From the NCBI GenBank assembly GCA_044224525.1, contig JBGAKI010000001.1, positions 12,917-76,916 of the forward strand: a stretch of DNA of 64,000 nt, in the 5' to 3' direction. Both the position numbers and the translations under genes were made by a program. Source of the stretch: Polyangiales bacterium. GTDB taxonomy: Bacteria > Myxococcota_A > Polyangia > Polyangiales > CBDCBC01. Shown one piece after another: positions 31,630 through 40,005 of this stretch. Position 1 is the first letter of the stretch. Every line of letters begins with the position of its first letter. Under the pieces are notes generated by a model, which had not been told where the DNA came from, did no database searches, and worked only from the letters and a program-made list of their open reading frames with translations.

Positions 31630-31658
31630 TTGACAGCATCGCTAATTCCCACTAACTT
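31630..31658 (+). promoter_or_regulatory. Sigma70-type promoter for tRNA-Ser(GCT)
   Basis: TTGACA-17 nt-TAACTT. Confidence 0.6.
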
Positions 31659-31684
31659 TGCCGCGTCGAAGAGCATTTTCGATG

Positions 31685-31774
31685 GGAGAGATGGCCGAGT
31701 GGTCGAAGGCAGTCGCTTGCTAAGCGACCGTGGGCCTAAAAAGCCTACCGAGGGTTCGAATCCCTCTCTCTCCG
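31685..31774 (+). tRNA. tRNA-Ser(GCT), CCA not encoded
   Basis: GGAGAGA/TCTCTCC acceptor, GTCGC-TTGCTAA-GCGAC anticodon arm, long variable arm. Confidence 0.95.
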
Positions 31775-31783
31775 CTAAAACGG

Positions 31784-31812
31784 GGGGACGCGTACCTCCG
31801 GTACGTGTCCCC
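31784..31812. repeat. REP-like palindrome variant
   Basis: ggggacgcgtacctccggtacgtgtcccc; same GG(T/G)GAC...CGTGTC(A/C)CC frame. Confidence 0.7.
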
Positions 31813-31865
31813 AGATGTCGCCAGAGTGCAAAGCACTCGGCCTATTGAACGACAACCGAACGGAA

Positions 31866-31893
31866 TTGACATACCGTGCAAAACCACTATAGT
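31866..31893 (+). promoter_or_regulatory. Sigma70-type promoter for tRNA-Arg(ACG)
   Basis: TTGACA-16 nt-TATAGT. Confidence 0.7.
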
Positions 31894-31904
31894 TTGGCCG
31901 GCTT

Positions 31905-31981
31905 GCAACCGTAGCTCAGCTGGATAGAGCATCGGTCTACGGAACCGAGGGTCGGAGGTTCGAATCCTCCCGGTTGCGCCA
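31905..31981 (+). tRNA. tRNA-Arg(ACG)
   Basis: GCAACCG/CGGTTGC acceptor, TCGGT-CTACGGA-ACCGA anticodon arm, encoded CCA. Confidence 0.96.
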
Positions 31982-32292
31982 GTTTTATTGCGTTGTTCGG
32001 TGTTTGATCGACGGTCCAAGTTTTCGCGATGATGCGTTTGATTGCGTTTGAGCGCGCGCTCCCGCGTCCATGTGAATGACTGAGTATCGAGGGTGCCCTG
32101 AGTAAGAGCTTCGTTACACCAGATCGCGGTAACTCGATACCAGTGATATGTCGGCGCTGCCTTCTTCTTCGTCTGGGCCATCATCGCTTGTACTCATGAT
32201 GGTATGCACTTCATCCAACGCGACTCATCGGCGAGTGACGCGCCAACGTGTAGACCAGATGTTTATCGCCGAAATCATGTTAGGATTGCCTC

Positions 32293-32766
32293 ATGCAAGT
32301 AGCAAGCGACGAAGATTGGATGCGTCTAGCGCTCGACGAGGCCAGACTCGCCGCACAAAAAGGCGAAGTGCCAGTTGGTGCGGTCGTTGTGCACGGCGGC
32401 GTGGTGATCGGCCGGGGCCATAATCTGCGCGAAACGTTACAGGATCCTACCTTGCACGCTGAGACGATTGCCTTACGCGAGGCGGCGCAGTCCCTAGGCA
32501 GTTGGCGCCTAGAAGACACGACGCTTTACGTCACACTTGAACCATGCGCGATGTGCGCCGGCGCCCTGGTGCTCAGCCGCGTGCCGCGGGTTGTATATGG
32601 CTGTGATGATCCCAAGGCAGGAGCCGTCAAAACGCTTTACACAATTGGCAGCGACGAGCGTCTAAATCATCGCTTCGAGCTCGTGGCCGGCGTGCTCTCG
32701 CAGGAATGCGCCACCATGCTGAGTGCATTTTTTGCGAATATTCGTGCTAGCAAAAGAACGCGCTAA
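32293..32766 (+). CDS. tadA: tRNA adenosine(34) deaminase
   Basis: GEVPVGAV, HAE, TLEPCAMCAGA, DPKAGA. Confidence 0.96.
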   Translation: MQVASDEDWMRLALDEARLAAQKGEVPVGAVVVHGGVVIGRGHNLRETLQDPTLHAETIALREAAQSLGSWRLEDTTLYVTLEPCAMCAGALVLSRVPRVVYGCDDPKAGAVKTLYTIGSDERLNHRFELVAGVLSQECATMLSAFFANIRASKRTR

Positions 32767-32898
32767 AGCATCATCAACCCCTCGAATGGCCGCGGCGCAT
32801 CATGGTTGGTGTCATAGGTCGTGATGACTCGCAACCCGCGCGGCCCAAGCGGCCCAAGCGTACGCAAATGCCAGTCTGTGGGGCCGCTAAGGCTCCGA

Positions 32899-32926
32899 GG
32901 TGACTCGCACGAAAGTGCATGTCACC
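32899..32926. repeat. 28-bp REP-like palindrome
   Basis: ggtgactcgcacgaaagtgcatgtcacc (reverse-orientation variant). Confidence 0.85.
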
Positions 32927-32971
32927 TGACTTAGGTTTGACAGATGAGCCTGCTTTGCTAGTTTGGGCCTC

Positions 32972-33058
32972 GGAGAGCTGGCCGAGTGGTCGAAGGCGCT
33001 TGATTCGAAATCAAGTGTGCCCGTGAGGGTACCATGGGTTCGAATCCCATGCTCTCCG
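32972..33058 (+). tRNA. tRNA-Ser(CGA), CCA not encoded
   Basis: GGAGAGC/GCTCTCC acceptor, CTTGA-TTCGAAA-TCAAG anticodon arm; TTGACA-16 nt-TAGTTT promoter from 32937. Confidence 0.95.
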
Positions 33059-33064
33059 CTAGCC

Positions 33065-33092
33065 GGTGACATGCACTGTGGTGCGTGTCACC
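33065..33092. repeat. 28-bp REP-like palindrome between two tRNA-Ser genes
   Basis: ggtgacatgcactgtggtgcgtgtcacc. Confidence 0.88.
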
Positions 33093-33100
33093 TCCGTTTA

Positions 33101-33191
33101 GGAGAGATGACCGAGCGGTCGAAGGTGCACGACTGGAAATCGTGTGTGCCCCAAAAGGGTACCGAGGGTTCGAATCCCTCTCTCTCCGCCA
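33101..33191 (+). tRNA. tRNA-Ser(GGA)
   Basis: GGAGAGA/TCTCTCC acceptor, CACGA-CTGGAAA-TCGTG anticodon arm, encoded CCA. Confidence 0.96.
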
Positions 33192-33192
33192 G

Positions 33193-33888
33193 ATGCGCTG
33201 GATCGTTATCACAATGGTCGGCTTCGTCAGCACGTGCACACGTGTGGATCAGAACAACTTGCTTGAAACGGCAGTTTACGATGTAGGTGTGGAGTGGCTG
33301 CGCAGCTGCCCAAGCGATGCGCCGCGTTATGCGGCCAAATATCCTGATGGCTGTTACCTTGAGAGATCAGCCCACATCAGAAAGTGCGACACCTTCGCCA
33401 CATTTTTCCAGACCCACGAGATACCTGTCCTCAAGACAGTGATTGCGCGCGCCGAGCAGGATTATCTTTCCAGCTTAGGTGGTGTTGCAGGTCCCCCCAA
33501 GGACCTTTTCCTCAGTGGCCTGATCGATATCGAACACCAAATCATGTATTCGATCTTGCCGCGTCAGATCGATCCGCGCAGCGCATTCTTTCAAAACGTC
33601 GGTCGCCATTCAGGACTGCACTTGGACTGGAACGCGGAACCTGAGGAAGTCTACCGCGATCGTTTATCGTTTCGCGTGTTGCTTCACAAAGGCGAGTGCG
33701 AGCCAACCGACGGCGCATCAAATGCCGCGAACCCTTTTATGACGGGTTCTGAACGTGACCGTTTTGACGAAGCGACGCGTGCTTTCGTTTGGCGATTTTA
33801 TGAACGCGTTTTTGATCGATTGATCGAACAAATCAAAGAGCTTTGCGGTGGCGATGTCGCGATTTCCTATGATCGCTCAGCAACCTAG
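33193..33888 (+). CDS. Hypothetical secreted/lipoprotein (possible paralog of 54926-55732)
   Basis: In-frame ATG just after the tRNA CCA gives an MRWIVITMVGFVSTC signal-like N-terminus. Confidence 0.65.
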   Translation: MRWIVITMVGFVSTCTRVDQNNLLETAVYDVGVEWLRSCPSDAPRYAAKYPDGCYLERSAHIRKCDTFATFFQTHEIPVLKTVIARAEQDYLSSLGGVAGPPKDLFLSGLIDIEHQIMYSILPRQIDPRSAFFQNVGRHSGLHLDWNAEPEEVYRDRLSFRVLLHKGECEPTDGASNAANPFMTGSERDRFDEATRAFVWRFYERVFDRLIEQIKELCGGDVAISYDRSAT

Positions 33889-33932
33889 GACCGCCGCCTC
33901 ACGACCACCACCACCGCACGCTTCTTTATATG

Positions 33933-34466
33933 CTATTTGCGCGGACCTTTTCCGCGTCCCTTACCTGGTTTGGCCTCATCGGACGACTTGTCTTTATCCT
34001 TGTCGTCATCGTGATGATCGTCATCGTGATGATCGTGGCCTTTGCCGCACGCATGCCCTTCACCGCAGGCATGTCCGTCGCCACATGCGTGTCCCTCGCC
34101 ACATGCATGTCCCTCGTGTTCGCACTTACCTTTGTGCTCACACTTATCTTTACAAGGACATTCGCCTTTTTTTGCTAAACCAGGCGGCATACCGTGAGGA
34201 TGTTCGGGGTGACCTTCACCATGTTCACATGCATGCCCTGGGCAGGTCGGCGCAGCGGGTGGAGTCTGTTCGGTTTGAGTAACGGGTGCGGGTGCCGGTG
34301 CAGCGGGTGCCGGCGTGGTCGCAACGGGTGGCGCCGCAGGCGGTGTTGTCGATGGTGACTGTGTTGTTACCGTTCCTCCACATGCGGTGACTGCGAAAAC
34401 AAACAACAGAGTAAGCATTTTGTGCGACTTGAGTGCGCGGATGCGTTTAGCTTGATGTGCTGACAT
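33933..34466 (-). CDS. His/Cys-rich repeat lipoprotein
   Basis: GGAGG RBS before ATG 34466; lipobox VTAC, Pro/Ala linker, PPGLAKK, four (E/D)GHACG repeats, His/Asp tract. Confidence 0.75.
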   Translation of the reverse strand: MSAHQAKRIRALKSHKMLTLLFVFAVTACGGTVTTQSPSTTPPAAPPVATTPAPAAPAPAPVTQTEQTPPAAPTCPGHACEHGEGHPEHPHGMPPGLAKKGECPCKDKCEHKGKCEHEGHACGEGHACGDGHACGEGHACGKGHDHHDDDHHDDDKDKDKSSDEAKPGKGRGKGPRK

Positions 34467-34515
34467 AGACCCTCCGTAACGATGCGTTACACGAGCAGGG
34501 TACATTAAATAGGAA

Positions 34516-34595
34516 GGCCCTGCCACCCCTCAAACACCACTACCGTTGCTCCCTTCCGGGCCTGGCGGGGTTTGCGGGTCGAGGTCGGCAAGGCC
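34516..34595 (-). ncRNA. ffs: Signal recognition particle RNA (small bacterial SRP)
   Basis: CCGCCAGGCCCGGAAGGGAGCAACGG helix-8 motif within a long hairpin closed by GGCC(T/C)TGCC arms. Confidence 0.92.
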
Positions 34596-34631
34596 ACAAC
34601 ACGTTACGAGCGATGATGTAAATCACATTCG

Positions 34632-35582
34632 CTAAACGGCAAGCTTTTTTTCGTCTTGCACGTCTTTGCTCAACTGCGCCATCAGGTCGCTCACGCTGTG
34701 CGCGGGTTGAAAGCCAAGATATTTAACCGCATTTTGCACATCAAACGCGCTATGCCGCATGCGCAGCATATGATCCCTCAATGCCGCCCCCGTAGGCTTT
34801 CGACGAAAAACTGCCATCCAATCGGAGCCGGTTTGCGGTGGCTGCCAGCCGAGCGCCTGACTAAGCGCGCTAAAAAAGTCGACTGCTCGCAGTGGTTCGC
34901 CATCGGTCACATAAAACGCGCGCCCGCCGACATCAAACGCCTTGAGCGCAAGCGTTGTGGCTTCAACAAGGTGATCGATATGCGTTGTCGCGAGCAACGT
35001 TTCGCCGCGCCTCGGTAAAAAAATACCCCGTTGCATTGCCTCACCACGAAGCCCCTCAAGCCACGGCGCATGCAGCCCCCAAACTTGCGCCGGTCTAAGT
35101 GCAACCACCTCGGTGTCGTCGTTACTAAGCGTCAGGGCAATGTCTTCAGCCAACGCTTTGCTGCGCACGAACTCATCGAGCAGGTTACTGGGCTTACGGC
35201 GTTCATCCCAATGTATGCGATCGCAGTTGGCAAGTGTCACATCCGCGCACGACATCACCACCACACGCGCCGCACCCGCGTGTTGCGCGGCTCTGATCAC
35301 ATTTTCGCCGCCCGCGATCAACGTTTGCCGGGTCGCTTCGATCGGCTCGTGCCCCGCGCTCCCTGCACAATGGATCACGGCCTCCACGCCCCGCATTGCC
35401 TGCGCCAAATGCGCCGGATCGCTCAAATCACCCCAAACAACCGTATCGATGTGTCCAAGGTCACCGCCGTGCCGCGAGGATTCGCGCACCAGACCTCGAA
35501 TCTGATAACCGTCACGCTTGAATCGAGCCGCCAAAGCCCGCCCAACATAACCATTCGCACCCGTCAAAAAGAGTTCAGCCAT
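34632..35582 (-). CDS. NAD-dependent epimerase/dehydratase (extended SDR)
   Basis: TGANGYVG, VIHCAG, FVRSKALAE (Tyr of YxxxK replaced by Phe). Confidence 0.88.
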   Translation of the reverse strand: MAELFLTGANGYVGRALAARFKRDGYQIRGLVRESSRHGGDLGHIDTVVWGDLSDPAHLAQAMRGVEAVIHCAGSAGHEPIEATRQTLIAGGENVIRAAQHAGAARVVVMSCADVTLANCDRIHWDERRKPSNLLDEFVRSKALAEDIALTLSNDDTEVVALRPAQVWGLHAPWLEGLRGEAMQRGIFLPRRGETLLATTHIDHLVEATTLALKAFDVGGRAFYVTDGEPLRAVDFFSALSQALGWQPPQTGSDWMAVFRRKPTGAALRDHMLRMRHSAFDVQNAVKYLGFQPAHSVSDLMAQLSKDVQDEKKLAV

Positions 35583-35661
35583 TTTTGGGTTTATTTTAGC
35601 AGGTTTAGCCCAAGCCGGACTGGCTTAATCGGACAAGCTTGCTAATCTATGCACCGATCCC

Positions 35662-36498
35662 ATGGGCTGGTTTGCACGAAACAAGGTTGAGGCCGACGCC
35701 TCGCAGAAACGCACTTTAGGCGAGGGTGTTTTTCGCCGCTGTGATAGCTGCGGGCAAACCATGCTTGCCGAAGAGTTCACCAACAACTACGAAGTGTGCC
35801 CCAATTGTGGGCATCATTATCATCTCAGCGCCGAGGCCTGGATTGATCTCTTGCTCGACCCGGGTTCGTGGGTGGAGCTCGACACGCAATTGGTCGCCAA
35901 AGACCCGCTCAATTTTAAAGATTCTAAGCGCTATCCAGAGCGCATCAAAGCAACCCAAAAGAAAACGGGCCTGCTTGACGCGATGTCGGTTGGCAAAGCC
36001 GCGATCGACGGTCGGCCACTGCAGTTTGGTTGTTTTCGTTTTTCGTTTATGGGCGGCTCGATGGGCTCCGTCGTTGGCGAAAAAATCACACGCATGTTCG
36101 AGCGCGCCGCGGAACTGCGTCAACCCGCCGTGCTGCTTTCAGCATCCGGCGGCGCGCGCATGCAAGAAGGCGCACTTTCACTGATGCAAATGGCAAAAAC
36201 AGTCTCGGCGCTTCGAAAAATGCGCGAAGCGCGAGCGCCCTTCATTAGTGTGATGCTAAACCCAACCACCGGTGGCGTTGCGGCGAGCTATTGCTTTTTG
36301 GGTGATGTCAACATCGCCGAGCCCAAAGCACTGATTGGTTTTGCAGGCCCGCGCGTGATTGAAAACACCATTCGCCAAAAACTTCCGGAGGGCTTTCAAA
36401 CCGCCGAGTTCTTGCTTGATCATGGTATGGTTGACGTGATCGTGGCACGCAACGAAATGCGTGCGACCATTGCGCGGTTACTAAATCACCTTGTCTGA
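35662..36498 (+). CDS. accD: Acetyl-CoA carboxylase carboxyltransferase beta subunit
   Basis: CxxC...CPNC zinc ribbon, FMGGSMGSVVGEK, SGGARMQEG, GFAGPRVI. Confidence 0.97.
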   Translation: MGWFARNKVEADASQKRTLGEGVFRRCDSCGQTMLAEEFTNNYEVCPNCGHHYHLSAEAWIDLLLDPGSWVELDTQLVAKDPLNFKDSKRYPERIKATQKKTGLLDAMSVGKAAIDGRPLQFGCFRFSFMGGSMGSVVGEKITRMFERAAELRQPAVLLSASGGARMQEGALSLMQMAKTVSALRKMREARAPFISVMLNPTTGGVAASYCFLGDVNIAEPKALIGFAGPRVIENTIRQKLPEGFQTAEFLLDHGMVDVIVARNEMRATIARLLNHLV

Positions 36499-37751
36499 AC
36501 AGGCTTTACGCGCTCAAAACACGTGGCATCCGGCCAGGGCTTGAAAGCGTCAGCAAATATCTCGCCCTGCGCGATAACCCTCAGCATGCTGTGCCCACCG
36601 TGCACGTTGCGGGCACCAATGGCAAGGGCAGCACGGCAGCCATGCTTGCCAGCGTTTTGAAGCACGCCGGCTATCGTGTTGGCCTTTATACGTCGCCTCA
36701 TTTGCTTCGCTTTGCCGAACGCATTCAAATCAATGGCGAGCCGCTCAACGACACTGAAGTTGATCAACGCATAAGCGATACGTTAACAACAAGCCGCAGG
36801 CACAATGTGCAGCTCACTTTTTTTGAAGTGTGTACGGTGGTCGCTTACGAGGCCTTTCGCGATCACGCCTGCCATATCGCAGTGATCGAAGTCGGCTTAG
36901 GCGGTCGCTTTGATGCAACCAATGTTATCACGCCCAAAGTATCTGTCATCACCTCGATCGATCTCGATCATACGCACGTGCTCGGTCACGATCTAGCAGC
37001 GATTGCCCAAGAAAAAGCGGGCATTATCAAGCGCCACGTGCCCGTGGTGGTGGGTGAACAAAAACAACCCGCTCGCACTGTGATAGAAAACACTGCTCAC
37101 GAACACGAAGCACCTTGTTATGAACTAGGTCGTGATTTTCACTACCAGTCTCATGCCGACGAATTAAGCATCGTTTTCGCACAAAAGCGCTTCGATCATC
37201 TTGTGTTGGGTTTGCGTGGTGAGCACCAGCGCAGAAACGCCGCGTGTGCGGTCGCCGCGCTGACGATGCTAGAAGAACGCGGCTTTCTAATTGGCGACGA
37301 TGCGCTGCGTCGTGGACTCGAGAATGTGCGCTGGCCAGGTCGCTGCGACCTCGTCGGCGAGAACCCTACATGGTTTCTTGACGCCGCGCATAACGCAGCA
37401 GGCGTGAGCGTGCTTGCACATGAACTAAAAAACATGCCGCGCACAGGCAAACGAGTTCTAATGTTCTCAGCAATGAAAGACAAAGCCGCTGACACGATGT
37501 TAGCCCTGCTGCGCCCATTGGTGGATGAGATCATCGTTGTTCAACTCGATAATGAGCGCGCCATTGACGCAAAGATCCTAGCCAAGGCCGCCCGAGCAAC
37601 CTTCGCGGCAAGCCCTTTGCACGCCATCAACATGGCAAGAGAACTTGCCACCCAAGATGCTCAAATTATAGTGTGCGGCTCGATCTTCTTGTTGTCGCAG
37701 GTTTACGCACACGCGCTGGGCTACGACACCGATCCGCCTATCTTGCTCTAA
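36495..37751 (+). CDS. folC: Folylpolyglutamate/dihydrofolate synthase (probable CTG start at 36495)
   Basis: HVAGTNGKGS, YTSPHL, EVGLGGRFDATN, WPGR, DAAHN; FolC-like residues extend in frame to CTG 36495. Confidence 0.93.
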   Translation: MNRLYALKTRGIRPGLESVSKYLALRDNPQHAVPTVHVAGTNGKGSTAAMLASVLKHAGYRVGLYTSPHLLRFAERIQINGEPLNDTEVDQRISDTLTTSRRHNVQLTFFEVCTVVAYEAFRDHACHIAVIEVGLGGRFDATNVITPKVSVITSIDLDHTHVLGHDLAAIAQEKAGIIKRHVPVVVGEQKQPARTVIENTAHEHEAPCYELGRDFHYQSHADELSIVFAQKRFDHLVLGLRGEHQRRNAACAVAALTMLEERGFLIGDDALRRGLENVRWPGRCDLVGENPTWFLDAAHNAAGVSVLAHELKNMPRTGKRVLMFSAMKDKAADTMLALLRPLVDEIIVVQLDNERAIDAKILAKAARATFAASPLHAINMARELATQDAQIIVCGSIFLLSQVYAHALGYDTDPPILL

Positions 37752-37776
37752 CGATGAGTACGCAGGAAAAGAAAGG

Positions 37777-37864
37777 AGCCGCGTTTGAAAGGGGACGCAA
37801 AGCGAGCGAATTCGCGAAGCGCCAGCGGAGCGCTTAGCGAGCGAGTCCCCTTTCAAACGCGGCT
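37777..37864. repeat. 88-bp palindromic element with 20-bp perfect inverted arms
   Basis: agccgcgtttgaaaggggac ... gtcccctttcaaacgcggct between convergent genes. Confidence 0.85.
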
Positions 37865-37865
37865 T

Positions 37866-38801
37866 TTAAACCGAGGGTGCAGGGTTGATCATGACGCGAT
37901 TGCGGCCTTCGCGTTTTGCGCGATACAGCGCTTCGTCAGCGAGCGCAATAATATCATTCACAGCGTGCACGCGTGAATCGGGCATTGCCGCGACACCGCA
38001 GCTGATCGTGACGGGAATGACCTTGTCTTCGAACTTAAATTCCGTCTTTTCAATAATACTGCGAATGCGTTCAGCAAAGGCTTGCGTCTTATAAATATCA
38101 AGACCGCGGCAAATCAACGCGAACTCTTCACCGCCATAACGTGCGGCGATATCTTCTTTACGAATCGAAAACTGCACACGTTGTGCCAGCGTCGAAAGCA
38201 CCGCATCACCACCAAGGTGGCCATAGGTGTCGTTGATCTTTTTGAAGAAATCAATATCAAACAAAATCAGCGAAAGCATCGAACCATGTCGAAGCGAAAA
38301 CGCTACCTCGGTCTGCAAGCGACCTTCAAAATAGCGCTTGTTGTAAATCTTCGTGAGACCATCGCGCAGCGCCGCTTCAAACATGTTCTGATGAAACTGC
38401 TCTTCAACCTGATCATGCAGGGTGAACTTCAAGATGGTCGTTTCGCCCACTTCAATTTTATCGCCGTCTTTGAGGGGCTGATTGGCAACCTTTTCACCGT
38501 TCACAAACGTGCCATTGGTTGAACCAAGGTCGCTCACAAAAACATCGCCACCTTTAACAGCCACCATCGCATGTTTACGCGACACGCCGTCATCAAGCAC
38601 ACGTACCTCGGCATTTTGAGCGCGACCAATAATCACTTGATCAGACACCCGGTACATTTCACCGACATTCTCGCCGGCGATAACAATTAAGTATGCGCGA
38701 AGTTGTCCTTGATCTTTAGCTGCCGATTGGATGTCTTCGACGCGCATGGCGACCATCGTGCCGCCTTCAGTCTCTTCATCAAACTCGTTGTTATCAGCCA
38801 T
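37866..38801 (-). CDS. FHA-domain diguanylate cyclase
   Basis: FHA motifs IGR, VSRKHA, GSTNGT; GGDEF domain with RYGGEEF and RKED I-site. Confidence 0.93.
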   Translation of the reverse strand: MADNNEFDEETEGGTMVAMRVEDIQSAAKDQGQLRAYLIVIAGENVGEMYRVSDQVIIGRAQNAEVRVLDDGVSRKHAMVAVKGGDVFVSDLGSTNGTFVNGEKVANQPLKDGDKIEVGETTILKFTLHDQVEEQFHQNMFEAALRDGLTKIYNKRYFEGRLQTEVAFSLRHGSMLSLILFDIDFFKKINDTYGHLGGDAVLSTLAQRVQFSIRKEDIAARYGGEEFALICRGLDIYKTQAFAERIRSIIEKTEFKFEDKVIPVTISCGVAAMPDSRVHAVNDIIALADEALYRAKREGRNRVMINPAPSV

Positions 38802-38914
38802 ATCGAGCCTTCAAAATTACTACGGTTCCCACCATTATTGTCAATTTTCGGCAAGATGGGCCAGCGAAAGATCTGCATGCGCCATTTTTTCTGCTCTGTG
38901 ATAAAGTGCCCCCT

Positions 38915-39958
38915 GTGACCGAACCAAAGACTATACCTTTAATGTTGCGCGCGATTCGTCGCGAGAAAACTGAAACAACCCCTATTTGGTTGATGCGCCA
39001 AGCGGGTCGCTACCAGCCCGAGTATCGCGCCATCCGTGAAAAGATGAGCTTTATTGAGCTATGTAAGCGCCCCGAGACCGCCACCGAGGTCACGCTTCTG
39101 GCCGTAAGCCAGCTTGGCGTCGATGCCGCGATCATCTTTGCCGATATCCTGCTCATCCTAGAGGCGCTCGGTGTCGGTTTTGAGTTTACGGGTGATGAGG
39201 GACCGCGCATTCTTGAACCGGTCCGCCAACGCACTCAGGTGGACGCCATGCCTGACAAGATCGATGTAGAAGGCACCTTGGGTTATGTGATGGAGGCGTT
39301 GCGTATGACGCGCGCAGCGCTTGCACCCGAGATTGCGTTAATAGGTTTTGCGGGGGCGCCTTTTACGCTTGCCGCGTATATAGTTGAGGGCGGTGGTTCG
39401 CGTAGCTACGCGCGCACCAAGGCGTTGATGTACTCAGACGAAGGTCTTTGGCGTGCGTTGATGACCAAAGTCTCGAACGCAGTCTTTGAGTATTTACTCG
39501 TGCAAGCGCGCTCTGGTGCACAAGTCGTGCAGCTTTTTGACTCGTGGGTCGGCGCACTTTCGGTGACCGACTATCGGCGTTATGTGCTGCCTTATACAAA
39601 AACCATTTTTGATCGATTGCGTGGCGTGATTCCGACAATTCATTTTGGCACGGGCAACCCGCTACTTTATCCACACATGCGCGAAGCAGGGGGTGACGTG
39701 ATCGGTATCGATTGGCGCGCACCGCTCGGACAAACATGGAGCGCGCTCGATCAACAGGGTGCGGTAGGCCTAATGGGCAACCTCGATCCGGTTGCGCTCT
39801 TGGCACCGCGTGACTACCTTATCAATGCGGCTAAAAGTGTACTTGATGAAGCCAAGGGAAAAGCGGGTCATATCTTTAATCTTGGCCACGGTGTGTTACC
39901 GAGCACGCCCTTTGACAACGTCAAAGCGCTTGTAGACGCGGTTCATTCGTATCGTTAA
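38915..39958 (+). CDS. hemE: Uroporphyrinogen decarboxylase (start at GTG 38915 inferred)
   Basis: PIWLMRQAGRYQPEY, GFAGAPFT, QLFDSW, FNLGHG. Confidence 0.97.
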   Translation: MTEPKTIPLMLRAIRREKTETTPIWLMRQAGRYQPEYRAIREKMSFIELCKRPETATEVTLLAVSQLGVDAAIIFADILLILEALGVGFEFTGDEGPRILEPVRQRTQVDAMPDKIDVEGTLGYVMEALRMTRAALAPEIALIGFAGAPFTLAAYIVEGGGSRSYARTKALMYSDEGLWRALMTKVSNAVFEYLLVQARSGAQVVQLFDSWVGALSVTDYRRYVLPYTKTIFDRLRGVIPTIHFGTGNPLLYPHMREAGGDVIGIDWRAPLGQTWSALDQQGAVGLMGNLDPVALLAPRDYLINAAKSVLDEAKGKAGHIFNLGHGVLPSTPFDNVKALVDAVHSYR

Positions 39959-40005
39959 CAGAGCGCCTTAATCGTTTTGGTCACCTTACGACGCGAAATT
40001 ATCCA

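Noticed and set aside
31630..33286. ORFs overlapping the tRNA genes (31630, 31720, 31730, 32887, 32958, 32963 and the 33085 extension)
   Set aside because: They are translations of tRNA sequence; the 32184-31985 part of the 31720 ORF could be a remnant but has no recognisable motif
33930..34282. Plus-strand and alternative-frame repeat ORFs over the His/Cys-rich gene
   Set aside because: By-products of the 18-bp repeats; only the minus-strand frame has an RBS, signal peptide and lipobox
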